A stretch of DNA of 64,000 bases. Origin: Tubulanus polymorphus. Lineage: Eukaryota > Animalia > Nemertea. Under the pieces are notes generated by a model. It was not told where the DNA came from and did not search any database. It saw only the letters and a program-made list of their open reading frames with translations. The DNA lies in contig NC_134028.1 in NCBI RefSeq assembly GCF_964204645.1, forward strand, positions 18,669,653-18,733,652, written 5' to 3'. Of the stretch, positions 41,700 to 54,679 are shown piece after piece (position 1 is the stretch's first letter; each line of letters opens with the position of its first letter). The position numbers and the translations under genes are program-made.

Positions 41700-44600
41700 A
41701 ACGAAACATATAGTTAGTGTGTCCATTTGCTGTCCACAGTCTCCACACTTTTTGCACCGTCTCAGTGGTTTTTTCGAGAGAGGAGCATTAGCGGGCGCTA
41801 GACTTTCCACACAACTTGGTATATAAGTTGGCATTGGAGGGAACACACCTACCGCGGTTGGTAGAGGTAGAATCCGTCTGATAACTTTCGCCGAAGGAGG
41901 ACTTTTTTTTCGAGGCAGTTGATTTACGTTTTCGTTCCGATGCCTGGCCCGCCATGTCTGGCCGTGTAGGAAACTGGAACTCATTTGGAATTGTACCTCC
42001 CTGAAGGGTCAGCGGTCGATTCATTGCAGCTGGCAATACTGACTGGGCACTGACACTGGTAGATATAACTCTGGGGTTAATCCCATGACTGAGCACTTCA
42101 GCCTGTTTGCTTTTTTGTCCTTTGTTGTGCCTGAAAAATCAAATTGTTAAAAATGCGTTTTCCGGGGAAAGACGAAATTTTCCCAGATGGCAAAAAATTG
42201 ACAATTTTTGCCATTTACAGTATTTCTGAATTTCATTCATGTCATTGTCTGTTCAGCAATCAGAATTAAATATATAATCAAGTGAATGTAATAAACTAGA
42301 TGTACATACCAGGTGCGAACTAACTGTTCATTAACTTGCGGAAGGTCCAGTACCTTTGACAAAAGTGGGTTTTTCATCACTATCAACTGAATATGATGGT
42401 AATCCCTACACATCAGTTGAAAGCTAGTAAAATTCTTTTGCGGCGACACGTGCGTCTCATTTAACATCGTGAAAATTGCTTCTACATAACGATTACAGTT
42501 CGGTGAAGTGGCAGGAATCTTGTTGGCCACCATATATCTGTAGAAAAGAAAATGAAAAATAGTTGTTATTAAAGGGCAGACAACAAATCTGAATTTCTCA
42601 ACAATCGGAAACACATTTTCAATTAATAAATAATACGATCTCATCTTCTCAATAGCATTTGCTCAACAAAACACTAAAAATGTATCCTACCATTGTAAAG
42701 AATCCACACCAGCTACTGTGACACACCGTTTAAAGGCTTTCTTAAAAAAGCCAGTATCCATTTTTTTTGCATGCCGTGCTACGTACGATGACTTTCGTTT
42801 ATCAAAATCATCTAGTTTCAACCAAAGATTTTAAATTTCCATGGCTTCATCATTTGTCAATGATAAACTATGATTTCTCAAAGTTACCAAACTCTCTGCT
42901 AATTCAGTTACGGCATCGAATCCTGCACGTCCACTAGGGCCAAGTGAAGCCTGTCAAAGAATCAGAATATATTTTTTACACAAACTCAAGGAAAAGGGTG
43001 TAATGAAAAGATAATGCACATGTCATAATATAAGCACTTCATTGAACATCATCTGATCACCAGTACACTGTTAAATGCATTAAGGTAAAACTGCCAGAAA
43101 TTAATAATAAACATCATTGTTGCACTTTTAAACATTTTTGCTTCATTGCTCGAAAACATTACATGTCCTAATATTTACCTCTGGCGAAACAAGCATAGCC
43201 TCTTTCAACGACTCAACCACTGATGGCACAACTGTCATACGTTCCTGACCAGATAAAATGTCCCTACTCTCCCTACTGGTGCAACATCAAGGGTTTCTGT
43301 AATTGTTACAAAGACACAAGTTTTTAATGAAATCAAGGTAAACTTCTATTAGCAGACACTTTATGCTGCCCACAGTAATGTATACATTTCTGACATGCTG
43401 ACTGTCTAGCTTTTGATTGAAATTGTGTAACAAGGAAACTCGAACAATAACAAAAAACATAACATAAATCAGTAAGAAACTGCTAATTGTAACAATAACT
43501 ATTCATACCTGGTAATTGACTTGAAAATTGATCACTTTGTGGTGGTTCGTCGCTCCATTGTAGGAGCTGTTCCTCCGATCCTGCCGATGCAGATGGCTTC
43601 TTACTCTTTTTCATGACATTTCTCATATGATCTAAAAATCAAAATAACTGACGATGATGACTCTAGTCTATGCAAGTGACAAATAAAACAAACCTTAATT
43701 CTAAAATGCACCTTTTGAAAATGACTGCTTGCTTTGGACATTTTGACTTTTTGCTTCAGGAACGGAACTGCTAGATCTTTTTCGTGACTTGGTTTTCTCA
43801 GGAAAATCAATTCATCTTTTAACACTCTAAAAGTCTCAAACTTTTAACACTCAAAAACTTTCTGGTTTTGGTATTATAAAGTCTCGAGAGATAAAGTTGA
43901 TAGTTGCCTCATGAATCAGAATCAATATATAACATTGCATTAATTCAAAGCAAAGACTTACTCGATTCAAAGGGTTGTTGAGGCAAATTAGTTCCTGCTA
44001 ATGTGCTGCCATCTTCAATCTGATCAAATGTGTCAAAGTCAATCACATCTTCTGTAACTTCATCTGGTGGCTGTGGGGCATCTTCAATGTTTGCGTAAGA
44101 TGGGTAAAGTTGCCCTGTTTGGCAGAAAAGATACTCCATCCCAATTAGCTCACCTAAAAGTAGAATATTTCACAATGAAGTGATAAATCAATAATATAGT
44201 ATACCGGTACTTTATGTGGTGGCGTTGTCAAGTAACAGGTATTAGAACCATGAGTGACAACAGCACTAACAAACCAAAACTTCTGCACCATTGAAAAGAG
44301 AAACTATTTACCCGTGTATGCTCTAGGAGGTTCATATCTTATAGCAGGCCGACCAAATACTTTCTTGTTCAGTTCATTCAGAGAATGCTGCAGATGACCA
44401 CTGTACGATAACGGTTCACTTTCACGATTAGTAGCATCCTTCTCCCGGTCATAGTTCCAGCGTGTCAGACCATCAAGCAACATCGCCTGGAAGTGTGTAG
44501 CATTCACAGTTGTTCCTGAAATAAAAATACATACAATGAAGACTAACTGTTCAAACATCAATTTCTTATTTCATTTATGTTCAGTGAAAGTTAATTATCA

Positions 44601-47120
44601 ACATATATGCATTACCTGGAATGAACGCATTTAGGTAGAGATGAAAGGACTCTAACGATGTAGATCCTCTGGCACACCTATACTTCGTTAATTGTCCGCC
44701 ACCTTTCAGAACAGTGCCCGTCTTCGTGTACAATTGCACATCATCAGGGTCCTGAATACACACTATGTGTCTTGCTTGGAGGCGCCACACTTCATCCATC
44801 ACAACTGCATTTATCAGCGGCACGCCAGTTGTGTCGCGCCCAATTGTACCCTTGTACGCTAGCAGAAGATCAGCGAGCAGTTCCGTGGTAATACCAACTC
44901 CTCGCGTTTTCCTTCTACAAAATGTGGCTAACTCCCCCAGAGTCAGACCAGCCAGTACCTGCGCATCTGTTAGCTTTGCAGCAGATTCACACTTTTTTGC
45001 CATAACAAGCTTCTCGACATCTTCGGGATCCCATTCAAATATGCACGTACTGAGTTGTCTCATGAATTTAGCATACGATGGATGCATCTCAGATGTGCAT
45101 CCTCTCGCAAAACGTTTCATGAAGTGCCATATGTCAAGTCTTAATTGAAGATTCGGCCAAAATTTTGTGAAACAGTTGGCTTTGCAACAGTCCCTGTCGA
45201 CATACAACAGCTGTGGTGGTGTTTCTCCAGCATTCTTGTAACGAGAAACTAGATCCCCACACATCCGATCCAGGTTGTGTCCCTCACCTACAGTCATTAC
45301 GCTCATCAGCACTTGGCCAAGTTCATTTCCAATATTCGTGCACCATGCTGCCGAATCTCTCGAATGTCCTGATAATTTTTTCGCGATTTTTCGTGTGGAA
45401 TCCATCTTCAAGACTGTACCAAACACCGATGTTATCGCGGCCTTCATTTCATGCGAACGTTGAGGAAGAACATCCAACGAATAAATGTGGAGCAACCACT
45501 TGTTCGTTGGTAGCTTTAACATCTGAGGGCATTCCTGCAAGTTTGATCCTGTAACTAGACCTCTATGTAGGACTGACATTTTCTCCAGTATTTTTGTCAA
45601 ATACAATATGGAATCCGACATCCATTTCTCTCCATGCTGCTCCTCTAATTTGTTCATTATTTGCGATGTGCTGTTGCCTTTCCCTCTGTGCCGTTGCCTT
45701 TCCCTCTGTGCCGTAGCAGAAGAACAACCTTTTTATCTGCAGCTAACTTCGCCAAGTAATGCGCGCCGGGAAAAATACCTTTTATTATCTTTTCCATGCG
45801 TTAAACAACAGTGATTTACGCGTTGTTTGTCGCAAATTGCAATATTCCGATGGTTATTTGCCGCTGCTGTAGTTTTTTGGAATTGAATCGAGCGGCCTTG
45901 GTAGCTCAGTGAGATAAGGCGTGATGCTGTTGAATCCACTATCAATGCTGAGTGACAAGTGGGTTCGAGTCCTGCTGGCTGCGAACAGTGTGCGGGAAAC
46001 ACTTCAAAGGCCGCACCATCGTGAGGTTAAATGAACAATCCAATAGGAATAGTCTTGGGAAACCAAGATCCAAACGACGTACGTAAAGCCAAACAAACAA
46101 AAAGACAAACAAACAATCATCAGCCGGCCTCAGTGACACCAACGCTGGCATCGCTCTCTGCGACGTTTTGCATGCGTACATGCATCAGAGCTTGGAGCTC
46201 TAAGATCAGAGGGTCTTGGGCAATTGCATGCAGAAAAATTGTTCTGTTTTTGTTTTCATTATTCAGCCTAACAGTTCATGTGTAAAAGGGGTTTTTGTAT
46301 CCAAATCAATATAAATATCTTGGCTGGGACATGATGGAAAACATCAGAATAAACTAGTTTCGTCTTTTTAACAGAATCGCATTAATGAGGTTTAACAGTA
46401 CAAATAGCCTACGCTAAATCGTTCGGCAGAAAATAAATTCATTTTCAGGAATAAAATCGTACTAGACAAATAGACCTTTAAATCTGTGGTCCTCCCAATC
46501 AACATCGTCATAGAAGATTTGCCGGCAGATGTAAAACATTATAACCACTTAATACCACAGTATAATCTACCAATGCTTCAAGGCCCATGGGCCTCTTGTT
46601 ATGTAATCCTGACCTTCATCAAACATCTCAAAGTACTGGAGCAGCATTAGTTTGTTCGCTTTGGCCTGTGGGGACTCTTGACGAGGATCATTGATCGTTG
46701 GAATTCTTCACATGGAGCCAAGATACATATGTTGGTGCATTTTCTAAAATCCACAAGAATGTCTCGCCTGTTGAATGAAATAACATATCACTTACAAAAG
46801 TTCACAGAAAAGAACAAATTAAACAAGGTCAAGATGGCTTTGAGCGTACTCTATTTATATTAATTAGGCCTACAACTAAGTTCACTTTACTCACCTCTGG
46901 CCCATCCAAACTGTACCACGTATTGAGACAAGACTTGTTTTCGATCTTTTGGGTCCCCACCATTTTTCTTAACCTTAGCGATAGCTAATTTCTCCAGATA
47001 TTCAGACGATTTAGGTACAAAACCAGCGCGGGATACTTGACGCTTTTCAGATTGTACCTTTTTAGCTTTTATGGAATATCGAGGGTCCAGCTGCCCATCC
47101 TGCATACGGGAAAAGGTTGG
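41700..47120 (-). mobile_element. Multi-exon DDE transposase pseudogene, most similar to the Dada superfamily (DUF6729-associated family)
   Basis: Spliced QFGWAR|GETFLWILEN (intron 46894-46768); core LKMDSTRK, NELGQVL, YVDRDCC, RLDIWHFM (DxxH), CARGSTSLESFH, FIP|GT (intron 44615-44516), YTG|ELIGMEYL; C-terminal CKKCG. Has stops, frameshifts and a SINE insertion. Confidence 0.7.
45890..46116 (+). mobile_element. tRNA-derived SINE (family A), apparently full length
   Basis: A-box TAGCTCAGTGAG, B-box GGTTCGAGTCC, (CAAA)n tail; head also at 27195-27283, tail also at 21188-21289. Confidence 0.8.
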
Positions 47121-47435
47121 ACCTGCAAAGCAAATGTAGAGCTAACAATTTCTGCAACACCAGTGTAACGTAAGCCATACAACAATAAAAAATAACGCTG
47201 TTGCTACCCGTACGTGACAGCCATGCGCTAACAACCTTCTCACGTACGGCGATCTCCATATGTGAGTAGGTTGACACGCAATATCAGGATTCAAAACCTG
47301 CGCATACGTAAGATTAAGTTCAGACTCACATACAGGTAACAAAGTAAAAAAACGTGGCGTCTGGTTATAAAACAGTGAGTACAGGAACATGTGGAGTGGT
47401 AATTTGGAACGTATGCGCCTATCAACTCCCATTTA

Positions 47436-47899
47436 CAGAGTTGCCACTTCTCCGGATTTCTCCGGAATTCCGGATTTAAAAAAAAATTCAATTTCATTTC
47501 CGGATTTTCGGGAGAAGTCAAATAACCACAAAAGAAAACATCGCGAAAATAATAAAATCAATTCGGGATTCGACCCTAAACATCAAAACGTGACGGCTCC
47601 GTAGAGGGTTCGAAAAAGCCGTATTGTGCTGCCCAAGATGACGCAAACCAAGATGACGCGACGATCGAAATCGACTGACGCTTCGTTTGTTTTTGGCTCT
47701 GGTTTATAGGCCTATATGAGGTGTATTTGACGGAACCAATCGCTATTTGAAAAAATGATCTATAGGCGGTAATGAAAGTGAGGCCTATAACGCGTATTGC
47801 GCCAGAACGCATCTCCTGGCGTTCTAATTTCAAGTTCTAATTTTCCCAGACCCCCGACTTATTTTCCGGATTTTTAGCTTCACATAAGTGGCAACTCTG
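47436..47899. mobile_element. 464-bp MITE with 14-bp TIR and 6-bp TSD
   Basis: CATTTA|CAGAGTTGCCACTT...AAGTGGCAACTCTG|CATTTA; subterminal TCCGGA repeats. Confidence 0.88.
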
Positions 47900-49317
47900 C
47901 ATTTAAGACATCATCAGATAATTAGGGTATCATTTGATTCATTCTGACCCTATAATTTCATGAGAGTTTCCTTTCCCGAGTAATGTTACAGCACGACACC
48001 AGCCGACAAACAAAAGATCTGCCCTGGTCTTTGTCTTAGAGGAATCTGTCCTGATTTAGGCCCATAGACATTATAAAACTTTGAAAAAACTTTACTTACG
48101 CAATTTCTGTCGATCCATGTTCAAACGTATGTAACACGAAGTTACGTTGAACGTTACACTAGTTTTAAAAAAACTTTGAAACACACACGAAGACGATTAT
48201 TAACTCGAACAGCGCAATAATAAACAAGACTGAAAATTGAAAACCGGCGCGGATAAACGACAAAGCACTTCCTGGTTATCAGCGCCACCACTAAATAAAG
48301 ATCAATTCAATTCATCCGAATCCTACAGTTGTGATTGGCTACGGCAACCGTAGGAATTCCTATGGTTGTGATTGGACAATAGAACTAAATCCTACGGTTA
48401 TGATTGGCCAATTGCAACCGTAGCTAAACCGTAGCTACGGTTATGATTGGCTGTAGTATTGAAGTCTCACGCTCCCAATCTAGAGCTAGCGAGGGTGAGC
48501 AGTTGCATGGTTTTCTGACATCTGCTGTTAGAGAATCGTAAAAATTCTGAAATTCGATTTCTCATGATTAAACGATAATCTTCAGAAAAATATTACTAAC
48601 CAATGTTTGAAAAAAGTGATCTAATTGAGCTCTTAAAAACGGTATAATATGTATTTATGGAAATAAAAAGATTGTCGGTGAAGATGGCGCTAGCTAGCGC
48701 TGTGGATCGCTATGGATCGACATTACGGGTGAGGACGTCGGCGCTATTTGAGGCTATGGATAGGGTTCGTACAAAAGGAATAGTCGCTAAAGCTGCGCTG
48801 TTACCGGTATGCGATCCCCTTTTTTTCGCTGGATCGCCTGTCATGGCGCTAATTTGGGCTAATTTTTGTTTCCCGGCCCCCATACGGCAGGGAATTTCAC
48901 TGACTGGTGCATTATGGGACAAATAAATGTGACTTATGGGACACTATCCCAATGATATAATGAATACTACTATGATAAAGTATAAAAGCCTAATATCATT
49001 TCTAATCACTCAAAGATATCATACTGCAATAAGACTAAAATTTAAAACTAGTCCATTTTGTATTTTACATACGCCTAACATGTAATTTCAATGATGAGTC
49101 ATTCAAATAAGGAAAGAAATTTCAAAATGTATATCTTTGGACAAACTTGCAGTTGATAAATACCACACAGATATTCATACGTTACTAATAATTCAAACTT
49201 CTGGTAAAACAGTTCAAAATTCATGATTTATTCGTTATAGAAGTTGTGACTTAGGGGACACAATTAGGTTTCATTTTGCATTTTAGCAGTATAAGATCTT
49301 GGTTTTGTAATTTTACT

Positions 49318-49575
49318 TTTTTAGCCCACTTGGGACTTCAGTCCCAGCGGGCTATTGCGTTCACTTTTCATCCGTCGTCCGTCCGTCCGTCCGTAGACGG
49401 AATCCAGTTATTTTGGGAAGTTTTGAAGACGCTTCAAGGTAATGTCTTGATATTTGGTTTATACATGTGTCTACCCTAGACACATCTTCAGCCCAAAAAC
49501 TGGCCCTCTCAGATTCAAGATGGCCGACTGGCAGCCATTGTTCGTCAAAATCAGCAATTTTTACACTTTTTGAAC
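49318..49575 (-). mobile_element. HINE-like 3' fragment
   Basis: TTTTTAGCCCACTTGGGACTTCAGTCCCAGCGGGCT hairpin and (GTCC)n. Confidence 0.8.
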
Positions 49576-50520
49576 TTTTAAATGACATGGTTTCCACGCA
49601 AAAGGCTCTTTTGCTTGCCAAGTGAGGGCATATTCGAACAAATCTCGTATTTAAGCGTAATCCATTCTCGGAATCGTAGCGAGCAGAATTTTGAAATAGG
49701 GTTTCATAAAAATGTTTTCTACATTTTTCACAAAAATTAAATCGGGAAAATTTCAATTTTTATCAGCCAATCAGTAAGTTGAGTCTTCCCTTTGATTGGT
49801 TTATCTGAAAATATCAGCAGCTGTTCACATGAATTGTCGTGATTTCATTACTGGCGCTTTCGCGCATGACGTCATGTATCAACACGCGACTATACTTCCG
49901 CGTTCGCTGATTTGCCCATTTACTGGGAAATTCCACAGAAGCCTAATTTGGTTTGTTACAAGCGCTGTGATTGCCCCGACCCGATTCTGGCACGGCTTTA
50001 GCTTAGTGGGTTCGAATCCCTTGATGGGTGAAGATGATGGATCCTATCAATCTCTATTGAAACAAATAGGTTTCCCGGTTGGGTAGCCGCAGATATTTAC
50101 CAGATAGGCCTAATTTGGGTCCTGATTTCATCGAATAAGTCGATCATGGTCTTTACGTTTCCATACTAATTACCACCTAAAACGGTCTGAACAATTTTGT
50201 CACAATCAACATTTCGTTTACAGAAATCAGCAGGGGTTCACATGAACCCGCGGTATCGTCAACTGTTTTACTTCCGGGTATTTTAAGATTTAAAATTGTA
50301 TTTCAAGATTGATTTCTATGAAATCTTTAGTTGATTTGGTGTTTGGGAGGAATTTTTATTCGCTCTACAGAAAATTCATCCTTGACAATTGCGCAAGGTT
50401 CGCGAAAACATAGCTTTTCCCAAATCTTGTGTATGACCTTGATATGCTAATTAGCCATGTGCTCGTATTGCAAATTCAATCAAATTTTATTCTGCCAAAA
50501 AAAATGTTAAATCCAATTCA

Positions 50521-51620
50521 TTTTTAGCCTACTTGGGACTTTAGTCCCAGTGGGCTATTGTGTTCACTTTTCGTCCGTTCGTTCGTTCGTCCGTAGACGG
50601 AATCCAGTTATTTTGGCAAGTTTTAATAATAATAATAATAATAATTGTCATTTATAACGCGCAAGTATCCTTTGACCGTTCAAATGCGCTTTCCGAGAGT
50701 TAATGGTATGCTGCATGGAACAAAGTTGTTTTGAGATGGGTGTTGAAGCTATTGAGGTCTAGAGATAACCATCTAAATAGTTCGTGAGAGTTCCAAAGTT
50801 TTGAAGACGCTTCAAGGTAATGTCTTGATATTTGGTTTATACATGTATCTACCCTAGACACATCTTCAGGCCAAAAACTGGCCCTGTCAGATTCGAGATG
50901 GCTGACTGGCAGCCATTGTTGTTCGCCAAAATCATCACTTTTTACACATTTTTGAAGTTTTTGAGGGAAATTTTGAAGACGCTTTTATCAATAACCTTGA
51001 TCATTCGTATATATTTGTATCCCCCGAGGGCCCATCGGCATGAGTAAAATTGGGTCGATCGGACTCAAGATGGCCGTTCTGTGACCTTTTTTGTTCCCAA
51101 AAATGTCAATTTTGGCCTGATTTCTGAGTCCTCTAGCTTCCTAATGGTTTGCCATTTTTCATTGCAATTTGTAATGGGTATTCTTTGGAAAGGGATCTTT
51201 TATATCCGAGAGGGTATTTTTGACCAGGCAATTATGACGCAATTGGCGGCCATCTTGGGGTCATCAGTACTCATTCGTAGGTGGAAAAAAGTTTTTCCAC
51301 ATCGTATTGATACTTAAGCAATTTTGCTACCATAATCAATTGGAAAGTTGTAGCTCATGACATGTTCTATGATTGATGTGAGTTTTAAGCTCAATGGTTT
51401 TTGTTTATGGCCACCCAGGGGCGTTGAACAACACAATAACTTAGTATTTCTATATCACATTTGTACCTATGCATATTTTGCTACCACAATAAATTGGAAA
51501 GTTGTAGCTCATGACATGGTCTATGATCTTGGTGAGTGTCAAGCTCATTGGTTTTTATATATGGCCACCAGGGGGCGTTGAACAATACAATAACTTAGTA
51601 TTTCTATATTACATTCGTTC
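50521..51620 (-). mobile_element. HINE-like copy with ~2 tandem units, nested in the dispersed repeat
   Basis: Reverse complement of ~5130-6026; interrupted by an L2 fragment. Confidence 0.8.
50625..50795 (-). mobile_element. 5'-truncated L2/CR1 LINE insertion
   Basis: 7-bp TSD AAGTTTT (50618-24, 50796-802); (ATT)n tail; degenerate WNS...SLDLNSFNTHLKTTLFHAAYH* ORF2 end. Confidence 0.85.
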
Positions 51621-51811
51621 CTGCTGTCTGTGTCAACACATGATTGTACTATGTAAATGATATTGAGCAGGGAGTGTATATTGGTAAATATAACCCACAG
51701 ATTACATCATTTATAAAAAGCAAATCTGACGGGCTGGCCATTGTGCCCCTTAGGGCTCATGTCTATCTCTCCCCTCTGTTTACTGAATGATTATATGAAC
51801 TTGCTTAAAGG

Positions 51812-52060
51812 TTTTTAGCCCACTTGGGACCTTAGTCCCAGCATGCTATTGCGTTCACTTTCAACCGTCCGTCCGTCCGTAGACAGAATCCAGTTATTTT
51901 GGGAAGTTTTTAATACGCTTCAATGTAATGTCTTGATCTTTTGGTACACATGTATCTACCCTAGACACATCTTTAGCCCAAAAACTGGCCCTGTCAGAAT
52001 CAAGATGGCTGATTGGCAGTATATGTTGTTTGCCAAAATCAGCACTTTTTACACATTTCG
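51812..52060 (-). mobile_element. HINE-like 3' fragment
   Basis: Same terminal hairpin, (GTCC)n and core as 49318-49575. Confidence 0.8.
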
Positions 52061-52950
52061 ACGAACTATAGGTTTGCCTATGCAAACGGTCTGGTGAAGC
52101 AGTTTTCATGGAAAATGAATTGAGTACCGGTGTGTCAACAAGGCACTAACATTGGCTGTTGAACCAATAGTGTTAATTTTTGGTGTCATGGTTTGGCTTA
52201 ATGAGTTCTCGAGCCCACCAAAATTTCATAGTGATCGAGGTATTTTTAGGGGACTTATTCTTGAAAAGCACGTAAAAACCCTGCTTTTTAGCACTAAGTA
52301 ATGGCACGTTCTCACATATCAGAATTTGCATACTTGGAATTGAAACATATAAAAGTTCAATGCTTCCTGGAAGTGTCTCCTTTTTTTTATGGACTCATCT
52401 GGATGTATTTTTCGACCTACAGGCCCTCACTTTATAAACCCCCTAACTTTTCTCGCTTCTATTTATATGAGTTGACCTTATTACCTGAGCTACATTATTG
52501 AATGTGATTGGCTTTTTGTTGGATATACGGGAAATTCCGGGATCTTCTGATGTAATTGGGAAATCCCATTGTGGAACCCAAAACAAAATGGCGAGCATTT
52601 CATTCGACTAGGTATCGTATGTTCGCTTATAATTTGTTCGGTTTTAAGTATGTAAATGAGTAGGCAGTATCCGAACTAGCAAGTATGGCGATACCAATGG
52701 AGTTTTGGCTTAGATTTGTCTTGTCAATGCCTTAAAGACCTGCTAACCCGTATCCGATAGCTTTGAACAATCATTTACTGTGACCCCTAAACATGCATTG
52801 CTGCCATAGCTAAGATATCAACTCTGAAAGTCCTTTGACGTATTTTAAAACTTGAAGATCAAAATAAAAATAGCTTTCTTGCACTCACTAAAGAAAGAGA
52901 CCATCGCCAGGTGTGATATGTTATGGCTAAATTTATGATTTCTTTTTCAG

Positions 52951-53021
52951 GTTGATACACCATTTTGTCCGAATTGTTTAGAATGTATGCCTACGACTGA
53001 AGCAAAGCTGAAGAAAAACAG
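52951..53021 (+). CDS. DCTN4: DCTN4 exon 2
   Basis: tctttttcAG| VDTPFCPNCLECMPTTEAKLKKNR |GTTTGT; phase 0 to phase 2. Confidence 0.93.
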
Positions 53022-53704
53022 GTTTGTTCTTTATTGATGTTTTCAAGTGTGAGTTCATTCAAGAAATGTTACAGTTGGCCGTTCTCCCAATGCACGTCAG
53101 AAATGGTGTGGGGCCGGGCCTTAGCTAGGAGTGAAATGTAGCCTGGCAAAAATGATATCATCTCAAAACTGCGCATAAATACCGCATAACTGGTAGTTGC
53201 AAAATCTTGGTTCCTTTCATTTTCATTCTCGTTCATGCGGGTAGGCAGCTAGCATCTTGGCAGATTTGCGCACTTGTACTTAAGTATGTTCGTAAGCAAT
53301 ATGGCTTACATGCTGCGTTCACTGTGTATTCATCATCCTTGTTATAACGCTAGTCATGGGCCTGATTGTCAAAATTTTGGCAGTGCATGTTAATGATAGT
53401 ATTCAAGAATTTATTTTCTTTAATTGGGGGTGTCTAAGAATACATGTATGTTTTACTATTAGAAGAAACAATTGTAGGATGTTCTCAAAACCAAATGATG
53501 AATACGCTGCACCATTTCCATGAACTCAGACGTGGTTAAGCATTAAGCATTAAGTTTTTTTCAAATAGTTTGAATAGGACTGTCGATGATTTCAGTGGCA
53601 TTCTGGCGGAGGGTATGGTATGGTGGTATAACAAGAGCTATTTACATACACGACTGATACCAAATGAACTGTACACAAGAATTATTGGCCAAAAGAGATG
53701 GTCC

Positions 53705-54598
53705 CAAAGTCATCCTTCCCCAGCAGGGATTGGAACCTGATGGCATCGAGTTTGCCACGGTACGAAATCCTGCCACACTAGCCCTTTCAGTACTGGCTAA
53801 TTAATACCCTGTAGTGCTGAAGATAATTTGAAAATTCTGAAAAATTCCACCCTAGTGTGTTGAATAACGGGAATAGCACTATAGTGCGTCTACACCATTG
53901 CCCGGTATATCATTAGTTACTAATATTTCACTATGTTTGACAGGTGCTGCCATCTTTCAAGAGAGATAATTAGTAATTACTAATTAAATCAATACACTGC
54001 AGTGTAGACGCACTGAAAGGGTTAAATGGAATGCGATGCTTAGATGATGTCATTATTAGCCAATCTGATATCCCGTTTTATTTTAGCCCGGGTTTTCCCA
54101 TTTATAGTTCTTCCATGAAATTTACCCCTGCGATTATACAACGAGCAATCTGAATGGTGCCGCAAGTTTTCGTGCGGCAAAGCTGCGCACTCGGTCTAGT
54201 GTAGCAGGGGTTCGTGTCATGGCTGAGTGAAGCGATGCCATCAGGTTCGAATCCCTGCCGAGGGAGGATGCCCAAAGTAGACATGATAGAAATACATTGG
54301 AATCTGTAGTGTGTGGTCGTTTTATTTCCTCCATCGTCGATCAAACAACATAATTTGCTTATGAACCTGAAAGTGACTTGAACAGCGTAAATCCAAAATG
54401 AGGGTTTCCAAGAAACCAATAAGGAAGCCTCACACTGCAGGATATGTTTTAAAGCACACTTTATTATTATTATATTATTATACAATTATTTATATTTCCG
54501 TCCCTTCAAGTTGTATATGAGCATCGTAGATCATTCTCCCTCGGCAGGGATTCGAGCCTGATGGTATCGCTTCACTAGGCCACGGCACAGAACCCTGT
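53705..54598. mobile_element. Three copies of a second tRNA-derived SINE (family B): 53705-53790 (-), 54185-54275 (+), 54535-54598 (-)
   Basis: GGTCTAGTGTAGCAGGG...GATGCCATCAGGTTCGAATCCCTGCCGAGGGAG with A/B-box-like motifs, present in both orientations. Confidence 0.7.
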
Positions 54599-54679
54599 CG
54601 GATGGATGACCTTGATATGCAAATTAGCCATGTACACTGTACTTAAAAATATAAAACAAAGTCAATTTTTTACGATTGA

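Noticed and set aside
45890-45980. Functional tRNA gene
   Set aside because: No clean cloverleaf; a SINE body and (CAAA)n tail follow, and partial copies are dispersed.
47629-47660. U6-like fragment (TGCCCAAGATGACGCAAA) as a Dada target remnant
   Set aside because: Short gapped match lying inside an unrelated MITE, with no matching 5' half of U6.
40449-48062. GGCCTAA..CAGGA.AGA inverted motifs as termini of the Dada-like element
   Set aside because: Only ~20 bp of imperfect match with no TSD; similar AGGCCTA motifs are common in the window.
48657-52109. Short ORFs of 65-130 aa in this region
   Set aside because: They are chance frames through non-coding repeat families and recur wherever the repeats occur.
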